From the human T2T-CHM13v2.0 reference genome, Homo sapiens, in the NCBI GenBank assembly GCA_009914755.4, contig CP068257.2, positions 29,408,001 through 29,472,000 of the forward strand: a DNA stretch of 64,000 nucleotides, given 5' to 3'. The position numbers and the translations under genes are program-made. The notes under the pieces were generated by a model. It searched no databases and was not told the origin of the DNA. It was given only the letters and a program-made list of their open reading frames with translations. This document shows positions 15,851 through 31,526 of the stretch, piece after piece; within the stretch, counting starts at the first letter, position 1, and every line of letters begins with the position of its first letter.

Positions 15851-16535
15851 TGTATTAGTTTGCTTAGGTTGCCATTACAAAATGCCACAGACTGGGTGGC
15901 TTAGACAACAGAAATTTATTTATCACCATTCTAGAGGCTGAGAAGTCCAAGATTAAGGTGCCAGCAAGATACGTTTCATTCTGAGGCCTCTTCTCTTGGC
16001 TTGTACACAGCCACCTTCTCCCTATATTCTTATATGACAGAGAAAGAGAGAGCTTTGCTTTGCTCTGTCTCTTTTTTTTTTTTTTTTTCTTGAGACAGAG
16101 TCTCGGCCTGTCACCCAGGCTGGAGTGCAGTGGCACAATCTCGGCTCACTGCAACCTCTGCCTCCGGATTCAAACGATTCTCTTGCCTCAGACTCCAGAG
16201 TATGTGGGATTACAGGCGTGTACCACCATACCCATCTAATTTTTTGTATTTTAGTAGAGATACGGTTTCACCATGTTGCCCAGGTTGGTCTTTAACCCCT
16301 GAGCTCAGGCAATCTGCCTGCCTCAGCCTCCCACAGTGCTAGGATTACAGGCATAAGCCACCATGCCCAGCTGGTCTCTCTCTCTTCTTATAAGGACACT
16401 AATTCTATCAGCTTAGGCCCCACCCTTATGACCTCACCTAACCTTGCCACCTAAAAATCCGATCTTCAAATACAATCACAATGGAAGTTAAGGCTTCAAC
16501 ATACAAATTTTGGAGGGACACAGTTCAGTTCATCG
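15851..16535 (-). mobile_element. MLT1-like MaLR LTR, interrupted by an Alu
   Basis: tgtattagtttgcttaggttgccattacaaaatgccacagactgggtggcttagacaacagaaatttatt ... [Alu] ... ctcttcttataaggacactaattctatcagcttaggccccacccttatgacctcacctaacc...caaattttggagggacacagttcag. Confidence 0.55.
16072..16373 (-). mobile_element. Alu SINE nested in the MaLR LTR
   Basis: Poly-T, tcttgagacagagtctcggcctgtcacccaggctggagtgcagtggcacaatctcggctcactgcaacctctgcc ... gtgctaggattacaggcataagccaccatgcccagc. Confidence 0.9.
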
Positions 16536-17211
16536 TCATATTTAAACCAGTTCTTCCTTCTCGACCTCAAAAGGATTTCTCCCACTAAATTGAAAGTCTC
16601 TTTGCACTACTGGAGTTGAGCCAACCATGAAACAATGACAAGTTACTTCCAGAGATACCCAATATCCTTGGATTATGTTGAACATTTAGCATAGAACCTA
16701 CCTATTCTTAATAATGCTTCTTTCTGCAAAGGAAAAATAAAATTTTTTCAAAAATTTTACAGATTTTTCTGCTGGGCTATATATATTGATGGGGAGTAAC
16801 CACAAATTCACACCCCACTGTGAGATTAGATTATATTCCCACTCTATTTCAGCAAGGTTACAAACCCTACTGAAAGCATAGTGGCCATGCAGGGCAGAAA
16901 CAGATGTAATATATACTTCACCCTCAAAATGTTTCATGGAGGGCATGTAGTCACCATTGACTTTTTTGGCTCAAGGTAAGATCTTGGTGGAAAACTGCCA
17001 AGCCACTGCCCTTTTAATACACATGGCTTATATATATCATCATTTCAGAAGCATTTATATTAAAATAAATGAGATGCATTAAAATCTGTGTGCTACCCTT
17101 TAACAAAATTTTTACAAATATCAAGCTCTCCTACTTCTTGAACCCAAATTAGCACTAGCAAGGCCTCATCCTCCTCCAGAGGGTGAGGGTTGTCAGTGCC
17201 AAAATGTCCCT

Positions 17212-17580
17212 TGTATTAGTTCATTCTCTCGCTGCTAATAAAGACATACCTGAGACTGGATCATTTATAAAGAAAAACAGGTTTAATGGACTCACAGTTC
17301 CACATGGCTTGGGAGGCCTCACAATCATGGTGGAAGGCAAGGAGCAGCAAAAGCACATCTTACATGGATGGTGGGAGGCAAAGAGGGATTGTGTAGGGAA
17401 ACTCCCCTTCATAAAGCCATCAGATCTCATGACACTTATTCACTATCATAAGAACAGCATTGTAAAGACCTGCCCCTATGATTCAATCACCTCGCACCAG
17501 GTCCCTCCCACAACACATGGGAATTATGGGAGCTACAAATCAAAATGAGATTTGGGTGGGGACACAGCCAAACCATATCA
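17212..17580 (-). mobile_element. THE1/MST-type MaLR solo LTR
   Basis: tgtattagttcattctctcgctgctaataaagacatacctgagactggatcatttataaagaaaa...ggaattatgggagctacaaatcaaaatgagatttgggtggggacacagccaaaccatatca, the reverse complement of the THE1 consensus. Confidence 0.8.
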
Positions 17581-18813
17581 TCCCTGAACAATACAGCTTC
17601 TCCACTTCTGGAAAATTCATGTTCTTGGGGTGCTTAAAACACTATGATTCACTGCATTTTGCCTGAAAGGTGACTGAAACACTCATAAGACATTATCAGA
17701 AAAAAACTAGTTCAATTTGGAAAAATAATACATGGATTCAGTTATAGAAACTCAAAGGAATACATGAATTGGACTGAGAAAACAGTCACAGTAAGAGACC
17801 CTCCTCTAGCTCAGCAGCTAAGATTTCTCTGTTTCCATGTCATTAGCTAACATGCTCTAAATAATTTTAATTGTTCATATAGATCAGTAACTGAAGCTTT
17901 ACAAAGTCCTACATGAAAGGTTGTTTTTCCATAAGTAAGTGCAGGCTTCAAATTAAAAATTCATTCAAAGTTACCAGACGAATTGCCCACCGAAGCAAAT
18001 AATTGAAATTATCAGAGTATCAAATAAAAATGTTTGTTTACTTTTTTTTTAATCTATAAAATGTTGCTAACAAAGTAATTTTTAGTTTTCATTTTTAAAC
18101 TGTCAGTGCTTTTTTCCAGATACCATTCATCCCTGAAAAAAATCATATTTTGGTCTATAATTGCAAAAATTATTTTTCATGGGTAGTTTCATATTTCTAA
18201 ATGTCACTTCATTTTAATTTTTGTAATTCTATCAATTTCATGTCTGGAGTTCTTCCCTGCCACCTCAGCTGAGCTCACATGCCCACTGGTAGGTGCTGTA
18301 GGATTTCCTCTCACAATTATAGCCTTAAGTTATTAATGTTTGAGACAGGAAAAGAGAGAGGAGGATTCTTATAAACGGCTCTGAGCATCTACTGAGGATG
18401 AGAAGACTTTAACTAAAATCAACTTCGCTCTTGAGAACACATTTCTCTTTGACGACTGAAACACCTAACCTTGTCATTCAAGTTAAACTCAATTGCTACC
18501 ATTTTAAAATGTAGCGACTCAGTATTAAACTCAGTCGATTCAAGCCTCTGTTCCTCAGCTCCTTTCTCCCTGGGAATGGTTTTTACTGGTGGGTGGGTTT
18601 GCAGCACTGTCCTGGCATCAGGTGTAAGAGGCAACTGGAGTTGGCATCCACAACTGACTTCCTCCAAACCCAATCGAGTTTGCCTTAGGTTCACTAGCTC
18701 TGTCCCAGAATGCTGCAACCCACCTCCAGTAGGAAAAGAGGACATAGAATGAAGGGATTGGGAAAATCTAAGTGGCTTTTCTATGCTCTACCTCATACAC
18801 AGTGAGATCTAGT

Positions 18814-19179
18814 GTATTAGTCCATTTTCATACTGCCATGAATAAATACCAGAGACTGGGTAATTTATAAAGAAAAAGAGGTTTAATGGACTCACAGTTC
18901 CACATGGCTGGGGAGGCCTCACAATCATGGCTGAAGACGAAGGAGGAGCAAAGGGACATCTTACACGGCAACAGGCAAGACAGTGTGTGCAAAAGAACTG
19001 TCCTTTATAAAACCATCAGATCTCATGAGACTTATTCACTATCACGAGAACATCATGGGAAAAAACCAGCCCCCATGATTCAATTACCTCCCACCAGGTC
19101 CCTCCCACAACCCATAAGGACTATGGGGGCTACAGTTCAAGATGAGATTTGGGTGGGAACACAGCCGAACATATCATCT
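18814..19179 (-). mobile_element. THE1/MST-type MaLR solo LTR
   Basis: tgtattagtccattttcatactgccatgaataaataccagagactgggtaatttataaagaaaaagaggtttaatggactcacagttccacatggctgggg...ctacagttcaagatgagatttgggtgggaacacagccgaacatatcatc. Confidence 0.8.
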
Positions 19180-19394
19180 AGATTCTGTGAGACTCTCTCA
19201 GCTCATTACCTGGACACCTTACCTATACAGTCTCCAATGCCATGTTGGACATTCTTGGGTCAAGAGGAACAAAGTGTGGTCAACAAGGCTGGGGAAAGAG
19301 GAATCTTCAGTACACACTAGCATCCAAACCATGTCTACTTTCTCTCCAAATCTCCTCCTCACTCCCGCTGGATAGACTTTTATCTCCTTTCTTT

Positions 19395-19737
19395 CACTAA
19401 GGTATAATTTACATATAGTGTATGAACAATTCGATTAGTTTTAACAAATGTATACACTTTTGTAACCTATAGTCTTATCAAGATATAGAATATTCTATCA
19501 CACCAGAAATTTTTCTTATGCTTCCCAACCCCCCATCAATTACCACTCCTAGGCAAACACTTTTCTGATTTCTATCATCACAGATTAATTTTGTGTGTGC
19601 CAGAATTTCATATAAACGAAATCATGCAGGGTGTGCTATTTGGGGTCTGGCTTCATCTACTCAGCATCATGTTTTTGAGATGCATGCATGTGGCACTATT
19701 AGTAATTTACTCCATTATATTGCATTGTATGAAATTT
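19395..19737 (-). mobile_element. L1M (old LINE-1) 3'-UTR end, left half of an L1M split by the UBE3A retrocopy
   Basis: Antisense L1MB/MC-like 3' end: ggtataatttacatatagtgtatgaacaattcgattagttttaacaaatgtatacacttttgtaacc...gattaattttgtgtgtgccagaatttcatataaacgaaatcatgcagggtgtgc...cattgtatgaaatttt. Its continuation resumes at 22913. Confidence 0.7.
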
Positions 19738-22912
<3,175 letters not shown>

Positions 22913-23230
22913 TGTATGAAAATTTTACAGTTTATCTAGTCACCTGATAGACATTTAGATTATTCCCAATTTTTTACTACTATGAATAAAATTGCTATAA
23001 ATGTTTACACACAAATATTTTTGGACATATATTTTTATTTATCTTGGGTAAATTGATCTACTAGCACTATGTGTCCCTAGATAAGGTGTAAACGTGCTGG
23101 GTCAAAGGGTAGATGAATGTTTCGCTTTATTAGAAACTGCCAGTTTTCCAAAGTGGTTGTACTTAAGTCTTTTTGGAGGGTAACTGCTCTTAGTACACAT
23201 CATCTTCTATTCTGTTGTTTAAAAGATAAG
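22913..23230 (-). mobile_element. L1M fragment, right half of the L1M that received the UBE3A retrocopy
   Basis: Antisense L1M: tgtatgaaaattttacagtttatctagtcacctgatagacatttagattattcccaattttttactactatgaataaaattgctataaatgtttacacacaaat...aactgccagttttccaaagtggttgtac. Colinear with 19395-19737 in the L1M consensus. Confidence 0.7.
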
Positions 23231-23789
23231 TTCTACATTCTTTATCCTCCAAGCAATAGCTGCTTTAAAGCCCCACATATTTTCTTCCCTAAAAAGTTCA
23301 GATTTTACAAATACAAAATGCTATCGCTCTACTAAGAATTATAAAAGCTTATTTTAGAACAAAAAGCCAAGGATTTGACTCTTTGTTCACACTGTGTTCT
23401 TTCTGGTCTCCCCTTCACTGACAGTCTAAGATTTGTGGCTTAGTTTAAATGGCCAAAGAGCTACAGGGTCACAAGTGGTGAAGAGAAACAAAAACACGAG
23501 ATCAGATTTTAAAATAATCAGCTAGCAATTTGGGACACCAAGCAATGCCCAATAAACTTGCCGAACAAGTTTATTCTAAAGGTTTGATAACAGCCAATGA
23601 ACAGTGCAGGAAAAATACGTTGACCACGGCTGGGGACATTTCATTTACTATTTCTGTGGTATTTCCAACAGAGAAACAAGAGAATGAATTTGTCTTTCAG
23701 TCAAGAGCTATCACTATCAATGTATTTCTATGATGTTAGGAGAAATCCTGAATATTGCTATAAACGTTATCCCTCTGTATACAGATTAG

Positions 23790-24105
<316 letters not shown>

Positions 24106-24469
24106 AGGCTATGATTTTTATATAGGCAACAAAAATTTCTTTTAAAAAAATTCCAAAAGTACATATACTAGTCAGTTGCAGTTCTCAAAGAATTATGACT
24201 CCCAAAAATTCATGACCTGGTGTAGCTCTTGCCCCTTCAATTGAAGCTGAATAAAGCAGGTTACTTAATAAATACTAGAATTCAGTGGAGGTGATGCTTT
24301 GCAACTCTGGAACTGAGCCTTTAGAAGGGCTGGCATCCCTGCTTTGTTGCCACTAGGAGCTCTGCACAGCCATCGAAGTACAGCTATTCTTCCAGAAGGA
24401 TGATGTGAGGATGACACAAAGAGAAGGAGAGGATGTGAAGGAGAATCGGAGTGCAAGTGACAGTGAGAA

Positions 24470-24660
24470 CTGAGGCCCCAGACGTAATGATCCCAAGTCA
24501 GTCATCTGATGTGGTCCAGTCCAGCATATATCACATGGAGCAGAGGCAAGCTGGTCCCACTATGCACCTTGTGAATTCCTGACCCACAGAATAGCAAACA
24601 AATAAAACTGTTATTCTTTTAAGCTACTAAACATAGAGGGTGATTTTCATGTAACAATAG
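24470..24660 (+). mobile_element. 3' fragment of the MLT1-like MaLR LTR family
   Basis: ...cctgacccacagaatagcaaacaaataaaactgttattcttttaagctactaaacatagagggtgattttcatgtaacaatagaag resembles ...ataaatttgtgttgttttaagccactaagtttgtggtaatttgttacagcagcaatagaaaac. Confidence 0.45.
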
Positions 24661-25981
24661 AAGTAGTCTTGTGGGGAGTACCTCATAATCAGTTGACTGA
24701 AAACGAAAATGTTAGGCCTGATTTACAGATGCTTCTGTATGATAATGCAAGCATCACTCAAAAACAGACAACTATAGCACCACAGCCCCACCCAGGTGTG
24801 GCTGTGAGGGACAATAGGAAGTGAAATTCTCCCTGCAGGTAGAGATCTACACTGATTTATGAGAAGTAGCTTAATATTTGACTGATTGGGCAGAGTCTGC
24901 CGGGGCGGGGGTTGGGGGGAGAAACATGATTAGAAAAAATGACAAAATAGTTATTGAGAAGGGGAATATAAATGGAGTTCTCTGAATGCCCACCATGTAA
25001 AAATGTTCAGATTCCATGTGACTGTTCACTGAAGAGCTATCTCAGCAGAGGAGGATCTTATTAATAACATGGACAAGATGACCTAGCATGTGGATATCCA
25101 TTTGGCTCTTTTCCACATCATCCCACTTCTTGCCCAACAACCTCATTAATCAATTGGTCACAGTGGCAGGGTTGAAGGGTATACATGGGCTCAGTAAGGT
25201 GGATCCAATCCAGCCACTGCTGAGTGCTCAATCTGCCAGCAGCAGAGGCCAGCCCTGAATCTCTGATGTAGCCTCACTACCTGAGAGAATCCTCTAGTCA
25301 CCTGGAGGCATCATGGAAGGGGCAGTGGTTTGTTCCCACTGGAAAAGACACTTACTCTGCATGTAAATGTGCCTTCCCTGCCTACAACGCTTCTGCCAAA
25401 ATCAGTGCTTGTAGACTCAGAGACGGCCTCATTAATTATCAAAGTGTCACACACAGCCTTGTTTCCAAACCAGGAGATCATATTCCATCAAATAAAATAT
25501 GACAATAAGCTCATATGTATAGTATTGACTAGTCTTACCATGCTGCCAATCAGCCACCAGTCTGAAAAAACAACTGAATAACCTTTGGGAAACTTAGTTA
25601 TGACACCAGCTTAGGGACAACACTTGGCAGGGAAGTTATAGCTAGTTATATCATATTACATAATAAGGAATTAAACTTTTAGTTATTCCGCTAGGAAAGA
25701 ACGATGGCCACCAGGAATGGGCAGAGGAAGAAGGAAATTATAACACCAGTTAAGCCTGTCTGTCCAGTTATAAAAACAAAGACTAGTAATTCTGGCTATT
25801 GTTTTTCTTACTTTCATATAAATACCTGTGTATATATTAACCAATTATGTTCCTTTCTTCCCCTTCTCTCATTAAGCTAGTATTGATCATCAGATGTGTT
25901 AATAGTTGGTTAGTCTTTTATCTCAGTATTCAGGTTACAAGATATCAAAGGAAAAGTGTGATGCAGCTTAAAGGGTAATAA

Positions 25982-26639
25982 AAGTGCTGGAGAGGATGTG
26001 GAGAAATAGGAACACTTTTACACTGTTGGTGGGACTGTAAATTAGTTCAACCATTGTGGAAGACTGTGGCAATTCCTCAAGGATCTAAAACTAGAAATAC
26101 CATTTGACCCAGCAATCCCATTACTGGGTATATACCCAAAGGATTATAAATCATGCTGCTATAAAGACACGTGCACATGTATATTCATTGCGGCACTATT
26201 CACAACAGCAAAGATTTGGAACCAACCCAAATGTCCATCAATGATAGACTGGATTAAGAAAATGTGGCACATATACACCATGGAATACTATGCAGCCATA
26301 AAAAAGGATGTGTTCATGTCCTTTGTAGGGACATGGATGAAGCTGGAAACCATCATTCTCAGCAAACTATCGCAAGGACAAAAAACCAAACACCGCATGT
26401 TCTCACTCATAGGTGGGAATTGAACAATGAGAACACTTGGATACAGGAAAGAGAACATCACACACCGGGGCCTGTCATGGGGTAGGGGGAGGGGGGAGGG
26501 ATAGCATTAGGAGATATACCTAATGTAAATGACGAGTTAATGGGTGCAGCACACCAGCGTGGCACATGTATACAGATGTAACAAACCTGCACGTTGTGCA
26601 CATGTACCCTAGAACTTAAAGTATAATTTAAAAAAAAAA
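25982..26639 (+). mobile_element. L1PA-type LINE-1 3' end (ORF2 C-terminus plus 3'UTR), 5'-truncated, low divergence, with poly-A and an 11-bp TSD
   Basis: aaagtgctggagaggatgtggagaaataggaacacttttacactgttggtgggactgtaaattagttcaaccattgtggaag...atatacaccatggaatactatgcagccataaaaaaggatg...gggagggatagcattaggagatatacctaatgtaaatgacgagttaatgggtgcagcacaccagcgtggcacatgtatacagatgtaacaaacctgcacgttgtgcacatgtaccctagaacttaaagtataattt(a)n. TSD aagggtaataa at 25971-25981 and 26639-26649. Confidence 0.9.
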
Positions 26640-27061
26640 GGGTAATAACATCACCCAGAGATGGATTAGATGACACATGAGACTTTGTATCCCTTTGGGG
26701 CAAGAAGGTTAGCAGGTGTTAGGTTGTTTGGGGGGTGGTTGCATCAAGTTAGAAAGTTAAATATATGTTAAAAAGGTATATATGGTGCCAAGTTAACAAT
26801 GGGTTGACTACGTAGTTTTATGCATGCCAACTGATCTACTAGCACTATGATTCCCAGAATTATCTTCTGGGAAACCTGAGCAAGATTTGGAAGGCAGAAG
26901 TGAACGGCAGCCATTGACTCTTCAAAGACCATCATTGTTAGTGCAACAAGGGATAGAAGCAGAAGTGCTGGCAGATTCCAGCCCTCATTCATGTTTTCCC
27001 TCCTCTGTATCTAGCTCTTCTTCCTGACTGCAAGCTTTGCTGACTGTGATAGGTAATTTTA

Positions 27062-27518
27062 TGTGTCAACTCAGAGGGCATTTTGAGATGAAATTAACAT
27101 TTAAATCAGTGAACTATTAGGTAAAGTAGATTGCCTTCCACAATGTGGGTGGGCCTCATCCAATACGTTAAAGGCCTGAACTGAACAAAAAGATCAGCCT
27201 CCCTGAGCAAGAGGAACTTCTCCAACAGACTGCCTTCAGCCTTTATCTGCACCATCAGCTCTCCAGGATCTCAGACTTGCCAGTCCCCCTGCAGATTTTA
27301 GACTTCCCAGCCGTCGTAATCACGTGAGCCAATTCCATAGATAGAAAGATGGGTGGATGGATGGATAGATAGATGATAAACAGATGATAGACAGATGGAG
27401 ATAGACAGATAGATAGATGATATACAGATAGACGATATACGGATAGATGGGTAGATAGATAGGCAGGCAGGCAGATAGATCCTACTGGTTCTTTCTCTCT
27501 GGAGAGCCTGAACACACG
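27062..27518 (+). mobile_element. MST-type MaLR solo LTR containing an expanded (GATA)n tract
   Basis: tgtgtcaactcagagggcattttgagatgaaattaacatttaaatcagtgaactattaggtaaagtagattgccttccacaatgtgggtgggcctcatccaatacgttaaaggcctgaactgaacaaaaag...cacgtgagccaattcc [GATA repeat] cctactggttctttctctctggagagcctgaaca. Confidence 0.7.
27337..27480. repeat. (GATA)n / (GATG)n tetranucleotide microsatellite, about 35 imperfect units
   Basis: gatagaaagatgggtggatggatggatagatagatgataaacagatgatagacagatggagatagacagatagatagatgatatacagatagacgatatacggatagatgggtagatagataggcaggcaggcagatagat. Confidence 0.95.
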
Positions 27519-28666
27519 GGCCAGCAATCTTTCCAGGCCCATAACCAGATGCAAAGGCAACAACAGGGTTCCCAGGCTCCTTCCCAGTTTCATTCCTCAG
27601 CTGCTGCCCCTGCCTTCCCACATTCCTTTGTGAACTCTGCCCTTGTCCACTTGCACTAGCATTTCAGAAGGCACGGTTATAGACATTTCTCTGATCCTCC
27701 AACCCCTCCTTGTAAACTATACTTCTCCGGCCCCTTCCATAATGGTATAAGGCTTTATTCCTATGATAAATCCCTTATTCTATAAAACTCGTAATGGTTC
27801 TGCTGTCTTTATTGTACCATGACTGATACAATATATTACCATTTTGTGCAAAAGAAATTGTGCTAACATTCTCAGCATAGGCAGTAAAGCACTCACACTG
27901 TAAAATGGTTCTCATTTCTTGTCCCATTCATCCACTCATTCATTCACTGAGGAAACATTTGCCGAATACCTACCATCGGCCAGGTGCTGTTCTAAGACAG
28001 CAGACTTAAAATACACAAAGGGCTGTGATGTGAATATGATCAGCATCTAGAACTATAACCACTGAAGGGAAATTGCCAGGAGGAGATTTCAGTTCAATAT
28101 TAAGAACTTTCTGACAATTAAAACTGCCTCAAAGGAATGGCCTCTCTGTTCTAAGGTAGTAAGGGCCTAGTACTACAGAAATTACCTAGCAACTTACTTA
28201 CTTACTTCTGACACATCAGAAGCCCTGATGCATCAGTTAGCAGAGTTTGAATATTCACCAGGTTCAATTTTATATTTATATTTGGTGATTCCAATATATT
28301 ATATGCTATCTGTGAGATTTTGAGACTCTATATTCTGTCTGTATTCTAAGGTGACTATGAGATATAGTAGGATTATATAGTAGTCTCAGAATAATACCAA
28401 AAAGGGAAGAGAACAGGTGTCTTTTCTTTACCATATGCCAGGCAATATTCATTAGTTGTTTTATAATCCTCCCAAAACTCTAAAAAGTAAGTGTTATTAT
28501 CCCCTCTCTATGGATAAAGACGCTGAAATTCAGCAAGTTATAGTGACTTATCCAAACATCTCAGCCACCAATCAGAAGAAACTGAAAACTTTCTGACCCC
28601 AAACCTATGTTTTTTCTTATGCTGTATCACCCTCAAGTTTCAGCATTTTTATGTAAGAATTAGTAT

Positions 28667-28934
28667 GGGTCGGGCACAGTGGCTCACGCCTGTAATCCCA
28701 GCACTTTGGAAGTCCCAGTCAGGTGGATCATCTGAGGTCAGGAGTTCAAGACCAGCCTGACCAACACGGAGAAACCCCATCTCTATTAAAAATACAAAAT
28801 TAGCCAAGCATGGTGGCGCATCCCTGTAATCCCAGCTACTCGGGAGGCGGAGGTTGCGGTGAGCCGAGATCGTGCCATTGCTCTCCAGCCTGGGCAACAA
28901 GAGTGAAACTCTGTCTCAAAAAAAAAAAAAAAAG
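28667..28934 (+). mobile_element. Alu SINE (small internal deletion)
   Basis: gggtcgggcacagtggctcacgcctgtaatcccagcactttgg ... gagccgagatcgtgccattgctctccagcctgggcaacaagagtgaaactctgtctc(a)n. Confidence 0.9.
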
Positions 28935-31181
28935 AATATGATTACTATTCATAATTATTGTAAGATTATTAACTTTCACATAATAAAGCATAATTCCCCA
29001 TTTTTCAGGTCAAATCTTAATGCATGCATATTTCAATATATCTTAGAATATATATTGTATTAAATATATTAAGACAATAACACTACATCATTTGTCAAAT
29101 GTTTTGTATGTTCCAACCACTCCAAAGTGCTTTACATTCTCAATTCATCCTCACAGGAGTCCTGCAAATGGAGATATTTTTTAGCCTTATCCTACAGATA
29201 AGAACAATGAAAATCAAAGAGGCTAAGACATGTTTCTAAAGTTGATCAGCAACTAGAAAGTGGCAAGGCTGGAATTCCAATTTTGTTCTGGTTGACTTTG
29301 AAGCTCCTTTTCCATGTTCTGGGTACCCTGGCTTACTCTCTCCCTTGGGCTGGGGCGGGGATGGTAGATTTTTCTTACCATATTTTGCAAGATGACTTGC
29401 CCTTTCTCCTATATCTTCCAAGATTATTTGCTGCCTTCTCCCTCTGGTTGTCTCCTTAAACAGCTTCTTGTTTATTTCTATAACAGTTTCTACTTTCAGC
29501 CCCATTTAAAATAAAAATTAGGAAGACTCACCCCATCAAGCCATTTCAATATGTGGAATTGGTTGAGCAAATAAAAAAAATTTGAGAATACTGAAGTTGC
29601 CATGGATGACATATTACTACCATTCGTTGTAATTTAGGTGTTGTAAGCTTTTTTTGTTTTTTCCACTTTGCTCAATCAAGCACTCCTAACTTGATGGTCT
29701 TGCTTCTAGCTATGATTCAAATCCACGGAGGATTTCATTTTGACTTTAAACTATAGCTGATTTGCTGTAGGAGATGCTTAAGACAACCAGAGATATAAAT
29801 TGCCTCATCTACCGCCAAGGGAAAAATGATTGTATCTTGTAATATGAACCTCAGGATAGGGACGAGCTTGTTGGCTATATACTCCTGTTACCAACATCAG
29901 CTACAAAGAAGAAAAATAGAATTGAGGAGAAGATCATTTGTTTTCAGCTCATTACAGGGAAAGGAAAACTACGTTAGTATATATGATTCATATATAAAGA
30001 GGAACATATACATAAACACACAGTGGGAGAGAAGCAAGCTAGCATTTATTAAGTCTTAATATATACCAAGAGCTTCAGGTATCTTAAACAACCCTAAGAG
30101 ATTTGGTTATTTCCATATTATGAAGGAAAGAATTGCAAAAACAAAAAAATCTGAGTTTATAAACCCCTCCTAAAGTCCAGATTTTCTGTACCATATTCTA
30201 TTGACTTTATGTACAATCTTACATAAATTCCTCTTAGAAATTCTGAGATCGTTGTATATCACTTACCTTTAATATTTCAGAATGAAAATAAAGTCATGAA
30301 TCTCTAAACGGGACTTCAGACTCATCTGCAGCCTCTACCAATTGTTCCCTCTTCTTTAGTTTTTCTTACCCTGTTTACAAGTGCCCCTATGTTTAAGTCT
30401 TGACAAAAATTGTTTGGAAGCTTTGATGTTTATATTGAAAGTGCATAGAAAAAAAATTTGTTTCTCCCACTTAGAAAGCATTAGAAAACTTCTAGCTACC
30501 TGGAGATGACATCTATTGTTATGAGGAGCCCAAAGCCCATCTCACTTGATTTGGGGGCAACATCTTGCCCTCCTGTGGAAAATCACCCTCCTCCTCGCTG
30601 GTGGTGTTGATGGAGTTGTCATTTAGGATGCCTCCCCTTTCCTGATTCAGGGGCAATAAACTAGGTCGGATTCTCCCTGTCCCCAACAAGGATTCAAATA
30701 TCGTGCAGCAAACTTCAAAGACAGAAAACATTTGTAGCAGATTTATCCCAAAAGTGATGCTCACAGACACTGTCCATTATTCTCCTCACTCTGCCCACAT
30801 GCTTGTCCCACTTATTGCTTATTTATTTATCTTTTTCTTTGGTTCTGTGTGCTATCCCATATCCTCCCATTACATTCCTTTATTTTTCTCTCCCTGTTAT
30901 TAGCTAGAGGTAGCTTCTGTTGCCAGCAACCAAAGTGCCTGAGCTGACCATCCAACCATTGATAGGATACGTAGAGCCCCAGTTAGACATTTACAAGTCA
31001 CTGCCTGGGACAAATTGTGACACTGGGCTCCCTGGGTCTCTCTTTCCTGGATGCTTGTGTCTCCTTCCACCTGTGTTTACAGGATGTGCACTTTCATTAT
31101 CAATTTGCCGTGGTCAGCTAATCCCTTCTGAGATGATAATGCATGATAATAGCTAAAGCTGCATCACCAAAAGAGATTTTA

Positions 31182-31526
<345 letters not shown>

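Noticed and set aside
17183-19320. ORFs of 121 aa (17183-17548) and 144 aa (18886-19320) with some local similarity to each other
   Set aside because: Both lie inside the two minus-strand THE1/MST LTR copies. The similarity reflects the shared LTR sequence; they are not a duplicated gene
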